Shown: piece after piece, positions 18,117-29,988 of the stretch
Layout of the letters: every line of letters starts with the position of its first letter
Numbering within the stretch: the first letter of the stretch is position 1
Origin: Alphaproteobacteria bacterium
GTDB taxonomy: Bacteria > Pseudomonadota > Alphaproteobacteria > UBA2966 > CAIVPW01
NCBI GenBank assembly: GCA_947481575.1
Contig: CANKGV010000007.1
Span: forward strand, 11,504-75,503
DNA length: 64,000 nucleotides
Direction: 5' to 3'
Program-made: the position numbers and the translations under genes
Notes under the pieces: generated by a model
What the model was told of the DNA's origin: nothing
What the model saw: the letters and a program-made list of their open reading frames with translations, nothing else
Databases searched by the model: none

Positions 18117-20795
<2,679 letters not shown>

Positions 20796-20929
20796 CCGAA
20801 TCCCCGCCGGTTACCTATTGGACCTCAAGCGATAGCAACGTCGCCGGGCCGAAACAAGGCGGCGCGGCGCCGCAACTTGGTACGGCGCGCCGGGATCGGC
20901 TAGGGTGCCCGCGCCGCGCGCTCTGCGGC

Positions 20930-21565
20930 ATGTGGCAAGCCACCGGATCCCTCCAAGTGCTGTTCAGCGGACGCAAGCTCACCTCGGTACGCGGCGGCCG
21001 CACGGTGTTCGCCGACGTCGAATTCTCTGTTGCCGCCGGCCACGCCCTCGTGCTGCGCGGCCCCAACGGCAGTGGCAAGTCCACCCTGCTACGTCTCGCC
21101 GCCGGGTTTCTGCAGCCAACCGAAGGCACGCTGGAATGGGACGGCACTCCGGTTGCGGCCGACCTGGACGGGCACCGGGCGCGGGTCGCCTACGTGGGTC
21201 ACGTTGACGCGGTAAAAAGCGCGCTGACCGTGGCCGAGAACCTTGGATTCTGGGTGACCTTGAGCGGCGGCAGCGGCGCCGACACCAAGGCTGCGCTCGC
21301 CGCACTCGGGCTGGCCGAGCTGGCGGACGCGCCGGCGGCGTACCTGTCGGCGGGGCAGCGGCGGCGCCTCAACCTCGCCCGGTTGGCGGCAAGCCGAGCG
21401 CCGTTGTGGCTTCTGGATGAGCCGACCGTGTCCTTGGACGCCCCTTCGGTGGCGGCGCTCGTGCAGATCGTCGCCGAACACTGCGCCGGTGGCGGCCAGG
21501 CGATCATCGCAACGCATGACCGTTTGGACCTTCCGGCGGTAGACACCCTGACGTTCGTGCCATGA
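20930..21565 (+). CDS. ccmA: Heme exporter ATP-binding protein CcmA
   Basis: GPNGSGKSTLL, LSAGQRRR, LWLLDEP; first gene of the ccm cluster. Confidence 0.93.
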   Translation: MWQATGSLQVLFSGRKLTSVRGGRTVFADVEFSVAAGHALVLRGPNGSGKSTLLRLAAGFLQPTEGTLEWDGTPVAADLDGHRARVAYVGHVDAVKSALTVAENLGFWVTLSGGSGADTKAALAALGLAELADAPAAYLSAGQRRRLNLARLAASRAPLWLLDEPTVSLDAPSVAALVQIVAEHCAGGGQAIIATHDRLDLPAVDTLTFVP

Positions 21566-22227
21566 GCGCGTTTGGACAAATCGTCGGCCGAGATGTGCGA
21601 CTGGCCCTGCGCCAGGGCGGCGGGTCCTATTGGGCGCTGATTTTCTTCGTGCTCACCGTGACCATGTTCCCGTTGAGCGTGGGGCCGGACATGCAGCTGC
21701 TTGGCCGCATTGCCCCGGGCATTCTTTGGGTCGCAGCGGTGCTGGCGGCGATGCTTTCCCTCGACCGCTTGTTTCAGGCCGATTACGAGGACGGCACCTT
21801 GGAACTGCTCACGCTGGCCCCCCTGTCGCTGGAGCTGACCGTGCTGGCCAAGTGCCTGGCCCACTGGATCACCACCGGACTGCCGCTGGCGATCCTATCG
21901 CCGCTGTTGGGCATCCTCTTGAACCTCGACGCCAGTGCCTACCCGGTGCTGGTGCTCTCGCTGCTGCTCGGCACCCCGGTGCTGAGCATGATCGGCGGAA
22001 TCGGTGCTGCGCTGACGGTGGGCATCCGCCGCGGCGGCGTGTTGCTATCGCTGCTGGTCCTACCATTGTATGTGCCGACCCTCGTGTTTGGCGTGCTGGC
22101 GATCCAGGGCCACATCGACGCCACCGGCGCACGCCCACACCTGTTCCTGCTGTCGGCGGTGTTGTTGGCGGCAACCGCCCTTAGCCCTTGGGCATCCGCC
22201 GCGGCACTGCGCCTCAACATTGAGTGA
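21562..22227 (+). CDS. ccmB: Heme exporter membrane protein CcmB
   Basis: LDRLFQADYEDGTLE, LVLPLYVP. Confidence 0.95.
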   Translation: MSAFGQIVGRDVRLALRQGGGSYWALIFFVLTVTMFPLSVGPDMQLLGRIAPGILWVAAVLAAMLSLDRLFQADYEDGTLELLTLAPLSLELTVLAKCLAHWITTGLPLAILSPLLGILLNLDASAYPVLVLSLLLGTPVLSMIGGIGAALTVGIRRGGVLLSLLVLPLYVPTLVFGVLAIQGHIDATGARPHLFLLSAVLLAATALSPWASAAALRLNIE

Positions 22228-22295
22228 CGCACCGGTTGCGCCAGCGACCGGAGATGCTAAGACTTGGGCCATCTTTCTTGCCCTAGGTAACGGTC

Positions 22296-23024
22296 ATGGC
22301 CGGTCTGCACCGCTTCGCCAACCCCGGTACGTTCGTCCGCATCTCGGCCAAGGTTCTGCCGTGGCTGGCAGGGCTGACTGCGATTCTGATCGGTGTGGGG
22401 CTGTATCAGGCACTGCTCGTCGCACCGCCTGAGGCGTACCAAGGCAATGTGGCGCGCATCATGTACTTGCATGTGCCGAGCGCGTGGAACGCCATGATGA
22501 TCTACGGCGCCATGGCGGTGGCAAGCGCGACGTGGCTGATTTGGAAGCATCCGGTCGCCGACGTTGCAGCGCAAGCCTCCGCGCCAATCGGCGCCATGTT
22601 CACCCTGACTGCCTTGCTGACCGGGTCCCTGTGGGGCAAGCCGACCTGGGGCACGTTCTGGGTGTGGGACGCGCGCATCACGTCGGTCACCATCATGCTG
22701 TTTATCTACTTCGGCTACATCGCGTTGCGCGCGGCGATCGAGGACGGCGAACGCTCGGCCAAGGCGGGCGCAATCCTAGCGCTCGTAGGTTCGGTGAACC
22801 TGCCGATCATTCATTACTCGGTGGTGTGGTGGAACACGTTGCACCAACCGGCGAGCGTGTTGCGCGCAGGTGGGCCGGCAATTGTCGCATCGATGCTTGT
22901 GCCGCTGTTGCTGCTGGCCTGCGGATTCACCACCTATTACCTCACTTTGCTGATCTGGCGCATGCAACGCGAGATCGTCGGGCGCCGCGTGCGCTCGCTG
23001 CGCGTGTTGCAGGCGCAGGGCTAG
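22296..23024 (+). CDS. ccmC: Heme exporter protein CcmC
   Basis: HVPSAW, WWD motif WGKPTWGTFWVWDAR, WWNTLHQ. Confidence 0.96.
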   Translation: MAGLHRFANPGTFVRISAKVLPWLAGLTAILIGVGLYQALLVAPPEAYQGNVARIMYLHVPSAWNAMMIYGAMAVASATWLIWKHPVADVAAQASAPIGAMFTLTALLTGSLWGKPTWGTFWVWDARITSVTIMLFIYFGYIALRAAIEDGERSAKAGAILALVGSVNLPIIHYSVVWWNTLHQPASVLRAGGPAIVASMLVPLLLLACGFTTYYLTLLIWRMQREIVGRRVRSLRVLQAQG

Positions 23025-23073
23025 CTGGAGGGCATGGCCTCGCGCATCGCGCGGTCCAGCCTGAATCGGATTC

Positions 23074-23319
23074 ATGGACGCGATTAGCGACTACCTTGCG
23101 ATGGGTGGCTTTGCCGCATACGTGTGGCCGGCCTATGTCATCACCGTGGGCGCGATGGTCGGCATGATTGTGGTCACGCTGCGCGACCTGCGCCGGGACC
23201 GCAAAGCGTTGGCCGAACTGGAAGCGCAGAACCCGATGCGCAACGCACGGCGGGCCGCCCGCGCCACCCAGACCACCGGGATAGCCGGGCCCGAAGGAGA
23301 TGACCGCATTGACCCGTAA
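23074..23319 (+). CDS. ccmD: Heme exporter protein CcmD
   Basis: MGGFAAYVWPAY plus a single TM helix, between ccmC and ccmE. Confidence 0.9.
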   Translation: MDAISDYLAMGGFAAYVWPAYVITVGAMVGMIVVTLRDLRRDRKALAELEAQNPMRNARRAARATQTTGIAGPEGDDRIDP

Positions 23320-23743
23320 GCGCCAGCGCATGATCTACGTCGTCGCCGGCATGGTCGCGCTCGGATTCGCGACCGGGTTGGTACTGTTCTCGTTGGGCGA
23401 CAACCTCGTGTTCTTCTATAGCCCAACCGACGTCCTGCAAAAGGGCGCGCCGGCGAACCGCACGTTCCGCATCGGCGGACTAGTGGAAATGGGCAGCGTT
23501 GAACATGTCGCGGCGGATCAGGTGCGCTTTGTCGTGACGGATACCGCCAACACCATGAAGGTTAGCTACCAAGGTGTCCTGCCCAGCCTGTTCCGCGAGG
23601 GCCAAGGTGTGGTGGCGGAAGGCCGCGTCGATGCGGCCGGCGTGTTCGTCGCGCAGCAAGTGCTGGCGAAACACGACGAGACTTATATGCCGCCCGAAGT
23701 GGTGGATGCCCTCAAGAAGTCCGGCGAATGGAGGGGCAATTGA
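23300..23743 (+). CDS. ccmE: Heme chaperone CcmE
   Basis: FFYSPT, LPSLFREGQGVVAEG, LAKHDETYMPPEV heme-binding motif. Confidence 0.96.
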   Translation: MTALTRKRQRMIYVVAGMVALGFATGLVLFSLGDNLVFFYSPTDVLQKGAPANRTFRIGGLVEMGSVEHVAADQVRFVVTDTANTMKVSYQGVLPSLFREGQGVVAEGRVDAAGVFVAQQVLAKHDETYMPPEVVDALKKSGEWRGN

Positions 23744-25740
23744 CGGCTGAGCTTGGCCACTTCGCCTTGCTCCTCGCACTCATGATTGCGGCGGTGCAGG
23801 CAGTGGTGCCGTTGATCGGCGCCCAGCGCGATGTTGCGCCGTGGATCGCCGTTGCGCGCCCTGCCGCCTTCGGCCAGTTCCTCATGGTTGCGGTCGCATT
23901 CGCGGCGCTGATGCGCGCATTCCTGATTTCGGACTTCTCAGTGTCGGCGGTCTACCAGAGCTCGCACTCCCAGATGTTCTGGCTCTACAAACTCACCGGC
24001 ACCTGGGGCAATCATGAGGGCTCGCTGCTCTTATGGATCCTGATCCTATCGGGGTTCGGTGCCGCGGTTGCCGCGTTCGGCACCAATCTGCCACCCGCGC
24101 TGCAGGCGCGGGTGTTGGCGGTGCAGGCGATGATCGGCGTCGGGTTTTTGTCGTTCATCGTATTCACGTCGAACCCGCTGGCGCGCGTGATACCGGTGCC
24201 GCCTGAAGGTTTGGGCCTCAACCCGCTACTGCAGGACCCGGGCCTCGCGTTCCATCCGCCGTTCCTGTACCTGGGCTACGTCGGCTTCTCGATGGCGTTC
24301 TCATTCGCGGTTGCCGCGCTTATCGAAGGCCGTGTCGACCCCGCGTGGGCCCGGTGGGTGCGGCCTTGGACGCTGGCCGCGTGGTGTTTCCTCACCATCG
24401 GTATCACCGGCGGTTCGTGGTGGTCGTACTACGAACTCGGGTGGGGCGGCTTCTGGTTCTGGGATCCGGTCGAGAACGCATCGTTCATGCCGTGGCTCGC
24501 CGGCACCGCCCTGCTCCACTCCGCCATCGTGGTAGAGCGCCGCGACACGCTGAAGTCGTGGACCGTGCTGCTCGCGATCCTTACCTTCTCGCTCAGTCTC
24601 CTGGGTACGTTCATCGTGCGCTCCGGCGTGCTGACATCGGTACATGCGTTTGCCACCGATCCCGCGCGCGGCATGTTCATCCTTGGGTTCCTGATCGTCG
24701 TGATCGGCGGGTCCCTGACGCTCTACGCACTCCGGGCACCCGCATTGAAGTCGGGCGGGTTGTTTGCGCCGATCAGCCGCGAAGGTGCCTTGGTGCTGAA
24801 CAACCTGTTGCTCGCCACCGCCTGTGCCTCCGTACTGCTTGGCACCCTGTATCCGCTGCTGCTGGACGCGCTCACTGGCGACAAAGTCACCGTAGGGCCG
24901 CCCTTTTTCGATGCGACGTTCGGCCCGCTCATGGTGCCGTTATTGGCGGCTGTCACGGTCGGGCCGATGCTGCCGTGGAAGCGCGCCGACCTGATGGGTG
25001 CAGCGCAGCGCCTGCGTTTCGTGTTCATTGCAGCAGTGTTGGTCGGCTTCGTTACCTGGATCTTCACGACCGGCATGTCGTGGCCGGCCGCTGTTGGCAT
25101 CGTGCTGTCGGTGTGGCTGGTCGTCGGCTCCCTGGTGCCGCTGGCGGAGCGCGTCAAACTGTTCAGCGTGCCGTTCACCGAATCGCTACAGCGCGCGGCG
25201 GGCATGCCGCGCTCGGTGTGGGGCATGGTGATGGCGCACGCCGGCCTAGGCTTCGTTCTGCTCGGGATCACCGTCTTGCTGACGTGGCAGACTGAGCTAG
25301 GCACGGTGCTGAAGCCGGGCCAGTCCGCGAGCCTAAATGGCTACACGTTCACCTTCGAAGGCGCCGGCAACGTGCGCGGCCCGAACTACACCGCCGTCCG
25401 CGGCGTGTTCAGCGTCACCCGCGACGGGCGCCCGGTCACGACCCTGGCGCCGGAGACCCGCTCCTACGTGGGTTCGGCCATGACGACCACCGAGGCATCG
25501 ATTCGCCCGGTGTGGTTCGGCGATCTGTACGCCGCAATCGGTGAGTCGGATGGGGCCGGTGGTTTTGCCGCGCGCTTCTACTTTAAGCCATTCGTGCAGT
25601 GGATTTGGTTGGGCGCGATGGTGATGGTGGCAGGCGGATTCGTCTCGCTTTCGGACCGCCGTCATCGGGTCGGCGCGCCGGCCCGCCGCGGAGCGCCCGC
25701 GGGTGGCAAGATTCGCACTGAAGCTTCGGCGGCCGAGTAG
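23740..25740 (+). CDS. ccmF: Cytochrome c heme lyase CcmF
   Basis: WGNHEGSLLLW, HPPFLYLGY, WGGFWFWDPVENASF, SVHAFA; TTGA overlap with ccmE. Confidence 0.96.
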   Translation: MTAELGHFALLLALMIAAVQAVVPLIGAQRDVAPWIAVARPAAFGQFLMVAVAFAALMRAFLISDFSVSAVYQSSHSQMFWLYKLTGTWGNHEGSLLLWILILSGFGAAVAAFGTNLPPALQARVLAVQAMIGVGFLSFIVFTSNPLARVIPVPPEGLGLNPLLQDPGLAFHPPFLYLGYVGFSMAFSFAVAALIEGRVDPAWARWVRPWTLAAWCFLTIGITGGSWWSYYELGWGGFWFWDPVENASFMPWLAGTALLHSAIVVERRDTLKSWTVLLAILTFSLSLLGTFIVRSGVLTSVHAFATDPARGMFILGFLIVVIGGSLTLYALRAPALKSGGLFAPISREGALVLNNLLLATACASVLLGTLYPLLLDALTGDKVTVGPPFFDATFGPLMVPLLAAVTVGPMLPWKRADLMGAAQRLRFVFIAAVLVGFVTWIFTTGMSWPAAVGIVLSVWLVVGSLVPLAERVKLFSVPFTESLQRAAGMPRSVWGMVMAHAGLGFVLLGITVLLTWQTELGTVLKPGQSASLNGYTFTFEGAGNVRGPNYTAVRGVFSVTRDGRPVTTLAPETRSYVGSAMTTTEASIRPVWFGDLYAAIGESDGAGGFAARFYFKPFVQWIWLGAMVMVAGGFVSLSDRRHRVGAPARRGAPAGGKIRTEASAAE

Positions 25741-25744
25741 ACGC

Positions 25745-26299
25745 GTGCGCCCGGCGTTCCTGGTTCCGCTGATCATATTCGGCTTAGTGGCGGTCGCCCT
25801 CGGCATTGGCCTCGGGCTGCGGCCGGCGGAAATTCCGTCGGCGCTGATCGGTCAGCCGGTCCCGACCTTTGCGCTGCCTGGCGTGCCTAGCACGGCCCCG
25901 GGTTTGAGCTCCGCCGATCTCAAAGGCCAAGTGTCGATCGTCAACGTGTTCGCCTCGTGGTGCATCCCGTGTCGCGAGGAGCATCCACTGTGGATGGATG
26001 TGGCGAAATCCGGCAGCGTTGTACTCTATGGCTTGAACTATAAGGACACGCCGGAGAATGCAGCGCAGTGGTTGCAGACCTACGGCAACCCGTTCAAGCG
26101 CGTTGGCGGCGACTTCGGTGGACGGGTGGGTATCGACTTCGGCGTTTACGGGGTTCCAGAGACGTTCGTCATCGATGGCAACGGAGTCATTCGCATGAAG
26201 CATATTGGGCCGATTGACCGCGCCGCCCTCGACAACGAGATCCTCCCCAAGGTCCGCGAGCTGCAAGCCGCGGCCCAGGCAGCGGCAAAGGCGCAGTAG
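25745..26299 (+). CDS. ccmG: Thiol:disulfide interchange protein CcmG/DsbE
   Basis: FASWCIPCREEHP, GVYGVPETFVID; GTG start inferred. Confidence 0.93.
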   Translation: MRPAFLVPLIIFGLVAVALGIGLGLRPAEIPSALIGQPVPTFALPGVPSTAPGLSSADLKGQVSIVNVFASWCIPCREEHPLWMDVAKSGSVVLYGLNYKDTPENAAQWLQTYGNPFKRVGGDFGGRVGIDFGVYGVPETFVIDGNGVIRMKHIGPIDRAALDNEILPKVRELQAAAQAAAKAQ

Positions 26300-26306
26300 G
26301 TCCAAC

Positions 26307-26789
26307 ATGAACCGAATCCGTTCCGCGGCGCTCGCCGCGCTGATGGCGCTGGCGGCACTGACCGGCGCACCAGCGTTGGCGCAAACCACCATCGACGAGG
26401 TGCTGCCCGATCCGGCGATGGAGCAGCGCGCCATTGCGATCCACAAGCAACTGCGCTGCTTGGTGTGCCAGAACCAATCGATCCACGAGTCGAACGCCAC
26501 CCTCGCTCACGATCTGCGCATGCTGGTGCGCGAGCGGTTGGCGGTCGGCGACACCGACGAACAAGCGATCCAGTACCTGGTTACTCGCTACGGCGACTGG
26601 GTTCTGCTGAAGCCGCCCATGAAGCCGGAGACGCTGGCGTTGTGGCTTGGGCCCCCGATCATCCTGATCGTCGGCGGCGTCGGCGCATTCGTGTATTTCC
26701 GCCGTGCGCGGCGCCGTGCGCCGGAGGCTCCGCTGAGCGAAGCCGAACAGCAGAGGGCGCGGCGCATGCTCGCCGACCCGGCCGACTGA
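26307..26789 (+). CDS. ccmH: Cytochrome c biogenesis protein CcmH (CycL)
   Basis: LRCLVCQNQSI, RYGDWVLLKPP. Confidence 0.95.
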   Translation: MNRIRSAALAALMALAALTGAPALAQTTIDEVLPDPAMEQRAIAIHKQLRCLVCQNQSIHESNATLAHDLRMLVRERLAVGDTDEQAIQYLVTRYGDWVLLKPPMKPETLALWLGPPIILIVGGVGAFVYFRRARRRAPEAPLSEAEQQRARRMLADPAD

Positions 26790-26818
26790 CGCGGAACTAG
26801 GGCACCAGGAGCAGTCGC

Positions 26819-28177
26819 GTGATTTGGATCCCGTTCATCGTGCTTGCAGCTCTGGCGGCGGCGTTCATCGTCGTGCCGCTGGTGCGCAAGGCGAAGCCAC
26901 CGGCTGATCGCGTCGATCACGACTTGCAGGTCTATCGCGACCAACTACGCGAACTGGAACATGACGTCGCGATGGGGCTGGTCAGCCCTGCGGAGGAAGC
27001 TGCGGCGCGCCAAGAGATCGACCGGCGCGTTCTAGGCCTCTCCACCAAAGGCTATCGCCGCGCCGGTGGCGGCAAGATCCCGACATGGCGTGCGGCGCTG
27101 GCACTAGCGATCCTGATCCCGCTGATTGCCGGCACGCTGTACTTCGTATTGGGCTCGCCCGGCGTGGGCGACAAGCCGATCGCCAGCCGCACCGACCTGA
27201 TCAGGCCGGTCGACGATCCCGATTTGGTTGCATTCATCAAGGATCAGGAAGCGGCGCTCAAGGCGAAGCCAGACGACGGCCAGGGTTGGGTGAACCTGGG
27301 CCGCGCGTATCTGATCAACGGCCGGTTCCAGGACGCCGTGGATGCGGTCCGCAAGGGCATCGCCGCGGGCGCCAATGGCCCGGACGAGCAAATGGACCTG
27401 GCTGAGGCACTCGTGAATGTGGCCGGCGGCGTGATCACGCCGGCGGCGCAAGAGGCGGTGGATGCTGCACTCAAGGGCGACCCAAGCCATCCGGCAGCCC
27501 GCTACTACGTGGGCCTGGCCCGCGCGCAAGCAGGACGGACTCAGGAGGCGTTCGACATTTGGCTGAAGCTGGCCGGCGATACCCCGGCGGAAGCGCCGTG
27601 GATGCCGATGCTGAAGCGGCAGCTGGAAGGCGCGGCCAAGACCCTGAAGGTGGACCTAGCCAAGGTGATGCCGCCGCCGCCCGACGCCGGACCGTTCGCT
27701 GGCATGAACCAGGAACAGCAGGTGGCGATGATCGGCCAGATGGTCGACCGCCTCGCCGAGCGCATGGTGACCACCCCTGATGACGCCCAGGGATGGCTGC
27801 GGTTGGCGCAGTCGTACCGGGTGTTGGCGCGCTACCCTGAGGCGCTCGACGCAGTCGGCAAGGCGGTGAAGCTGCTGCCGGACGATGTGGAAACGTTGGC
27901 GGAGCAGGCCGGCATCCTGCTTGCGGCCACGCCGCCCAATGCCCCGTTCCCGGACGCCGCCAAGCCGGTGCTACAGAAGATCCTGACCCTCGACCCGGAC
28001 CAGGCCGAGGCGCTGTACTACACAGGCATGGCCGAGGCCGAAGCAGGTCACACGGACGCCGCCGAGGTTGCCTGGACGCGCCTGTTGAAGCAGCTAAAGC
28101 CCGACACTGGCGCCTACGCTGAGGTCAAAGGCCGCATCGACAAGCTCCACACACCGGCACCGGCGGCGCGCCCGTAA
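26819..28177 (+). CDS. ccmI: Cytochrome c biogenesis protein CcmI (CycH), TPR-containing
   Basis: VYRDQLRELEHD, YFVLGSPG, repeated PDDxQGW TPR blocks. Confidence 0.9.
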   Translation: MIWIPFIVLAALAAAFIVVPLVRKAKPPADRVDHDLQVYRDQLRELEHDVAMGLVSPAEEAAARQEIDRRVLGLSTKGYRRAGGGKIPTWRAALALAILIPLIAGTLYFVLGSPGVGDKPIASRTDLIRPVDDPDLVAFIKDQEAALKAKPDDGQGWVNLGRAYLINGRFQDAVDAVRKGIAAGANGPDEQMDLAEALVNVAGGVITPAAQEAVDAALKGDPSHPAARYYVGLARAQAGRTQEAFDIWLKLAGDTPAEAPWMPMLKRQLEGAAKTLKVDLAKVMPPPPDAGPFAGMNQEQQVAMIGQMVDRLAERMVTTPDDAQGWLRLAQSYRVLARYPEALDAVGKAVKLLPDDVETLAEQAGILLAATPPNAPFPDAAKPVLQKILTLDPDQAEALYYTGMAEAEAGHTDAAEVAWTRLLKQLKPDTGAYAEVKGRIDKLHTPAPAARP

Positions 28178-28240
28178 GGGTCGGCAAGCGGCCTGCCCGC
28201 CTTGACTCCCAGGGTTCAGGGGCCAAATATGGTTAATACC

Positions 28241-28519
28241 ATGGCCGAAGTCTCAGCAGGTTCTTTCATCCCGCCCAACGCGGTCACGCCGCCGGCGCAG
28301 CCGTTGCCGCCGCCAGGGTTGGATTCGACCGTGCGTGTGGAGCGTGCGGCCAAGCGTTCCAAGGAGAACGAGGAACAGCGCGACGAGCAGAGCCGCGCGC
28401 GGGTCGATGCCCGCCGGGCGCAGACCGACGCCAGCCGGGAACGGCGCGAGGCGGACCAAGCCGACACCGAAGCCCGTTCGGACCAGCGCCGCGGCAACAA
28501 GCTCGATATTCGCGCCTGA
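28241..28519 (+). CDS. Small disordered, charged hypothetical protein ending RGNKLDIRA
   Basis: GC-type codon use; promoter-like CTTGAC...CCAAAT immediately upstream; intrinsic terminator immediately downstream; start could be 28229 or 28241. Confidence 0.65.
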   Translation: MAEVSAGSFIPPNAVTPPAQPLPPPGLDSTVRVERAAKRSKENEEQRDEQSRARVDARRAQTDASRERREADQADTEARSDQRRGNKLDIRA

Positions 28520-28539
28520 ATCGGCGCTGGCGACCAATC

Positions 28540-28564
28540 AAGGCCCGCTTGCGCGGGCCTTTTT
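28540..28564 (+). terminator. Rho-independent terminator between convergent genes
   Basis: AAGGCCCGC-TTGC-GCGGGCCTT followed by a T run. Confidence 0.85.
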
Positions 28565-28572
28565 CGTTGGGG

Positions 28573-29190
28573 CTAGGCGCCCTCGTTCGGCGCCGCGCCC
28601 GGCGGCGGATTGCCGTGGCGCGTTAGCAACGGCACCTGGGCCAAGCTGAACGCAAATGTCAGCGGCATGATGCCGAAGACCTTGAAGTCGACCCAAACGT
28701 CCGTACTGAAGTTGCGCCAGACGACTTCGTTCACGATGGCGAGCACAACGAAGAACGCGCCCCAACGAATGGCCAGCACCCGCCAGCCCTCGTCGGTCAG
28801 TTGAAACGCCGGTCCCAGTACGACGCGCACAAAGTTCCGGCCGATTGCCAGCCCGACAAAAATGAACGCCGCGAACAGACTGTTCACGATGGTCGGCTTG
28901 AGTTTGATGAACGTGTCGTCGTGCAGGTACAGCGTGAGCGAGCCGAACACGAGCACGACCACCGCCGTGACCATCGGCATGGCGGGGATGCGCCGCTCGC
29001 GCACCAGCGAGACGATCAGCGACAGGGTGATGGCGACCATGAATAGGCCGGTACCCCAATAGATTCCGGCGCGGGCGTTGGCGATGAAGAACACCGCCAG
29101 CGGCCCCGCCTCGATCACCAGGCGGACCAAGGCCGCGCCGCCGCTCGGCGGCGGTGCGCCCGGTGCCGACGGGGGCATCGCTTCGTTCAC
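28573..29190 (-). CDS. ispZ: Septation protein A (IspZ/YciB)
   Basis: EAGPLAVFF, FGSLTLYLHDDTFIKLKPT, WVDFKVFG. Confidence 0.93.
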   Translation of the reverse strand: MNEAMPPSAPGAPPPSGGAALVRLVIEAGPLAVFFIANARAGIYWGTGLFMVAITLSLIVSLVRERRIPAMPMVTAVVVLVFGSLTLYLHDDTFIKLKPTIVNSLFAAFIFVGLAIGRNFVRVVLGPAFQLTDEGWRVLAIRWGAFFVVLAIVNEVVWRNFSTDVWVDFKVFGIMPLTFAFSLAQVPLLTRHGNPPPGAAPNEGA

Positions 29191-29489
29191 TTACGCTTCT
29201 TCGTGGCCGCCTTGATACGGTCGCGGGCCTGCTTGATCTCAGCGCCGGAGAACGCCGGCAGGGTCAGGATGCTGCCGAAGCCTTCGGCGGCATACCAGAT
29301 CGAGTAGGCCAGTACCGCTTGCGGGTCCTTGCAGTCGACGAAGTCGATAAAGTCGTATTCGCCTTGGGTGTAACCACCCGCGTCGACGGTGATACCGAGG
29401 TCCTTCATCTTTGCGACCGCGGCCTTCACCCGCTCGTCCCAGCGGCGGGTCCATTCGGGACTGATCTTTGCCAACAACACGTATTTCAT
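29187..29489 (-). CDS. GYD-domain protein
   Basis: MKYVLL..., TQGEYDFI, G...TLPAF signature; GGAGG SD. Confidence 0.8.
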   Translation of the reverse strand: MKYVLLAKISPEWTRRWDERVKAAVAKMKDLGITVDAGGYTQGEYDFIDFVDCKDPQAVLAYSIWYAAEGFGSILTLPAFSGAEIKQARDRIKAATKKRK

Positions 29490-29621
29490 AGGTGCCTCCG
29501 TAGCGGGGCGGCCACTCTAACCCCGTTGCCGCCGCCTACGCTCGCGAAAACCCGACTAGGATTGCTGGAGGGCGGACAGCTGCGGTGGTCCGACCCATGC
29601 GGGGCAGTAAGCGCACCCCAC

Positions 29622-29656
29622 AAACGAAGCGGGCGCCGGAATTACCCGGCGCCCGC
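29622..29656 (-). terminator. Intrinsic terminator of the small-peptide transcript
   Basis: 11-bp stem GCGGGCGCCGG-N6-CCGGCGCCCGC followed on the minus strand by TTCGTTT. Confidence 0.7.
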
Positions 29657-29679
29657 ATTCTCACTCGCCAGAGGCGAGT

Positions 29680-29745
29680 TTACTTCTTGGTCGGCTTGCC
29701 GGCCGGTTTCGCACCGGGCTTCGGCTTGCTGGGCGCAGTGGCCAT
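29680..29745 (-). CDS. 21-aa Lys/Pro-rich small protein MATAPSKPKPGAKPAGKPTKK (not in ORF track)
   Basis: CAGGAG SD 9 nt before ATG; mostly G/C-ending codons; TAA stop; terminator downstream. Confidence 0.7.
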   Translation of the reverse strand: MATAPSKPKPGAKPAGKPTKK

Positions 29746-29988
29746 GTTGGTAGTCTCCTGACAGGCATTGCGAAACGGGTTTTTCACCCGGTGAACCTCG
29801 CGAATTGCGTCGCGCGGTTCACAATTCCTATCTTCTCCATTCACTTGGGGAAATCAAGAGCAAACTACCGTTTTGCAAGAAAACGAGGCCGGTTTTCGCA
29901 TCATTCGATGGATTTACCCCCTCGGCTTGTCTTTGGACGCGACTTTGGGTGACTCAGTCCCCGCAGTATTCACGGGGCACGAGTCCAA

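Noticed and set aside
26819-28177. Apparent internal duplication in CcmI
   Set aside because: Repeated TPR blocks are normal for alphaproteobacterial CcmI/CycH.
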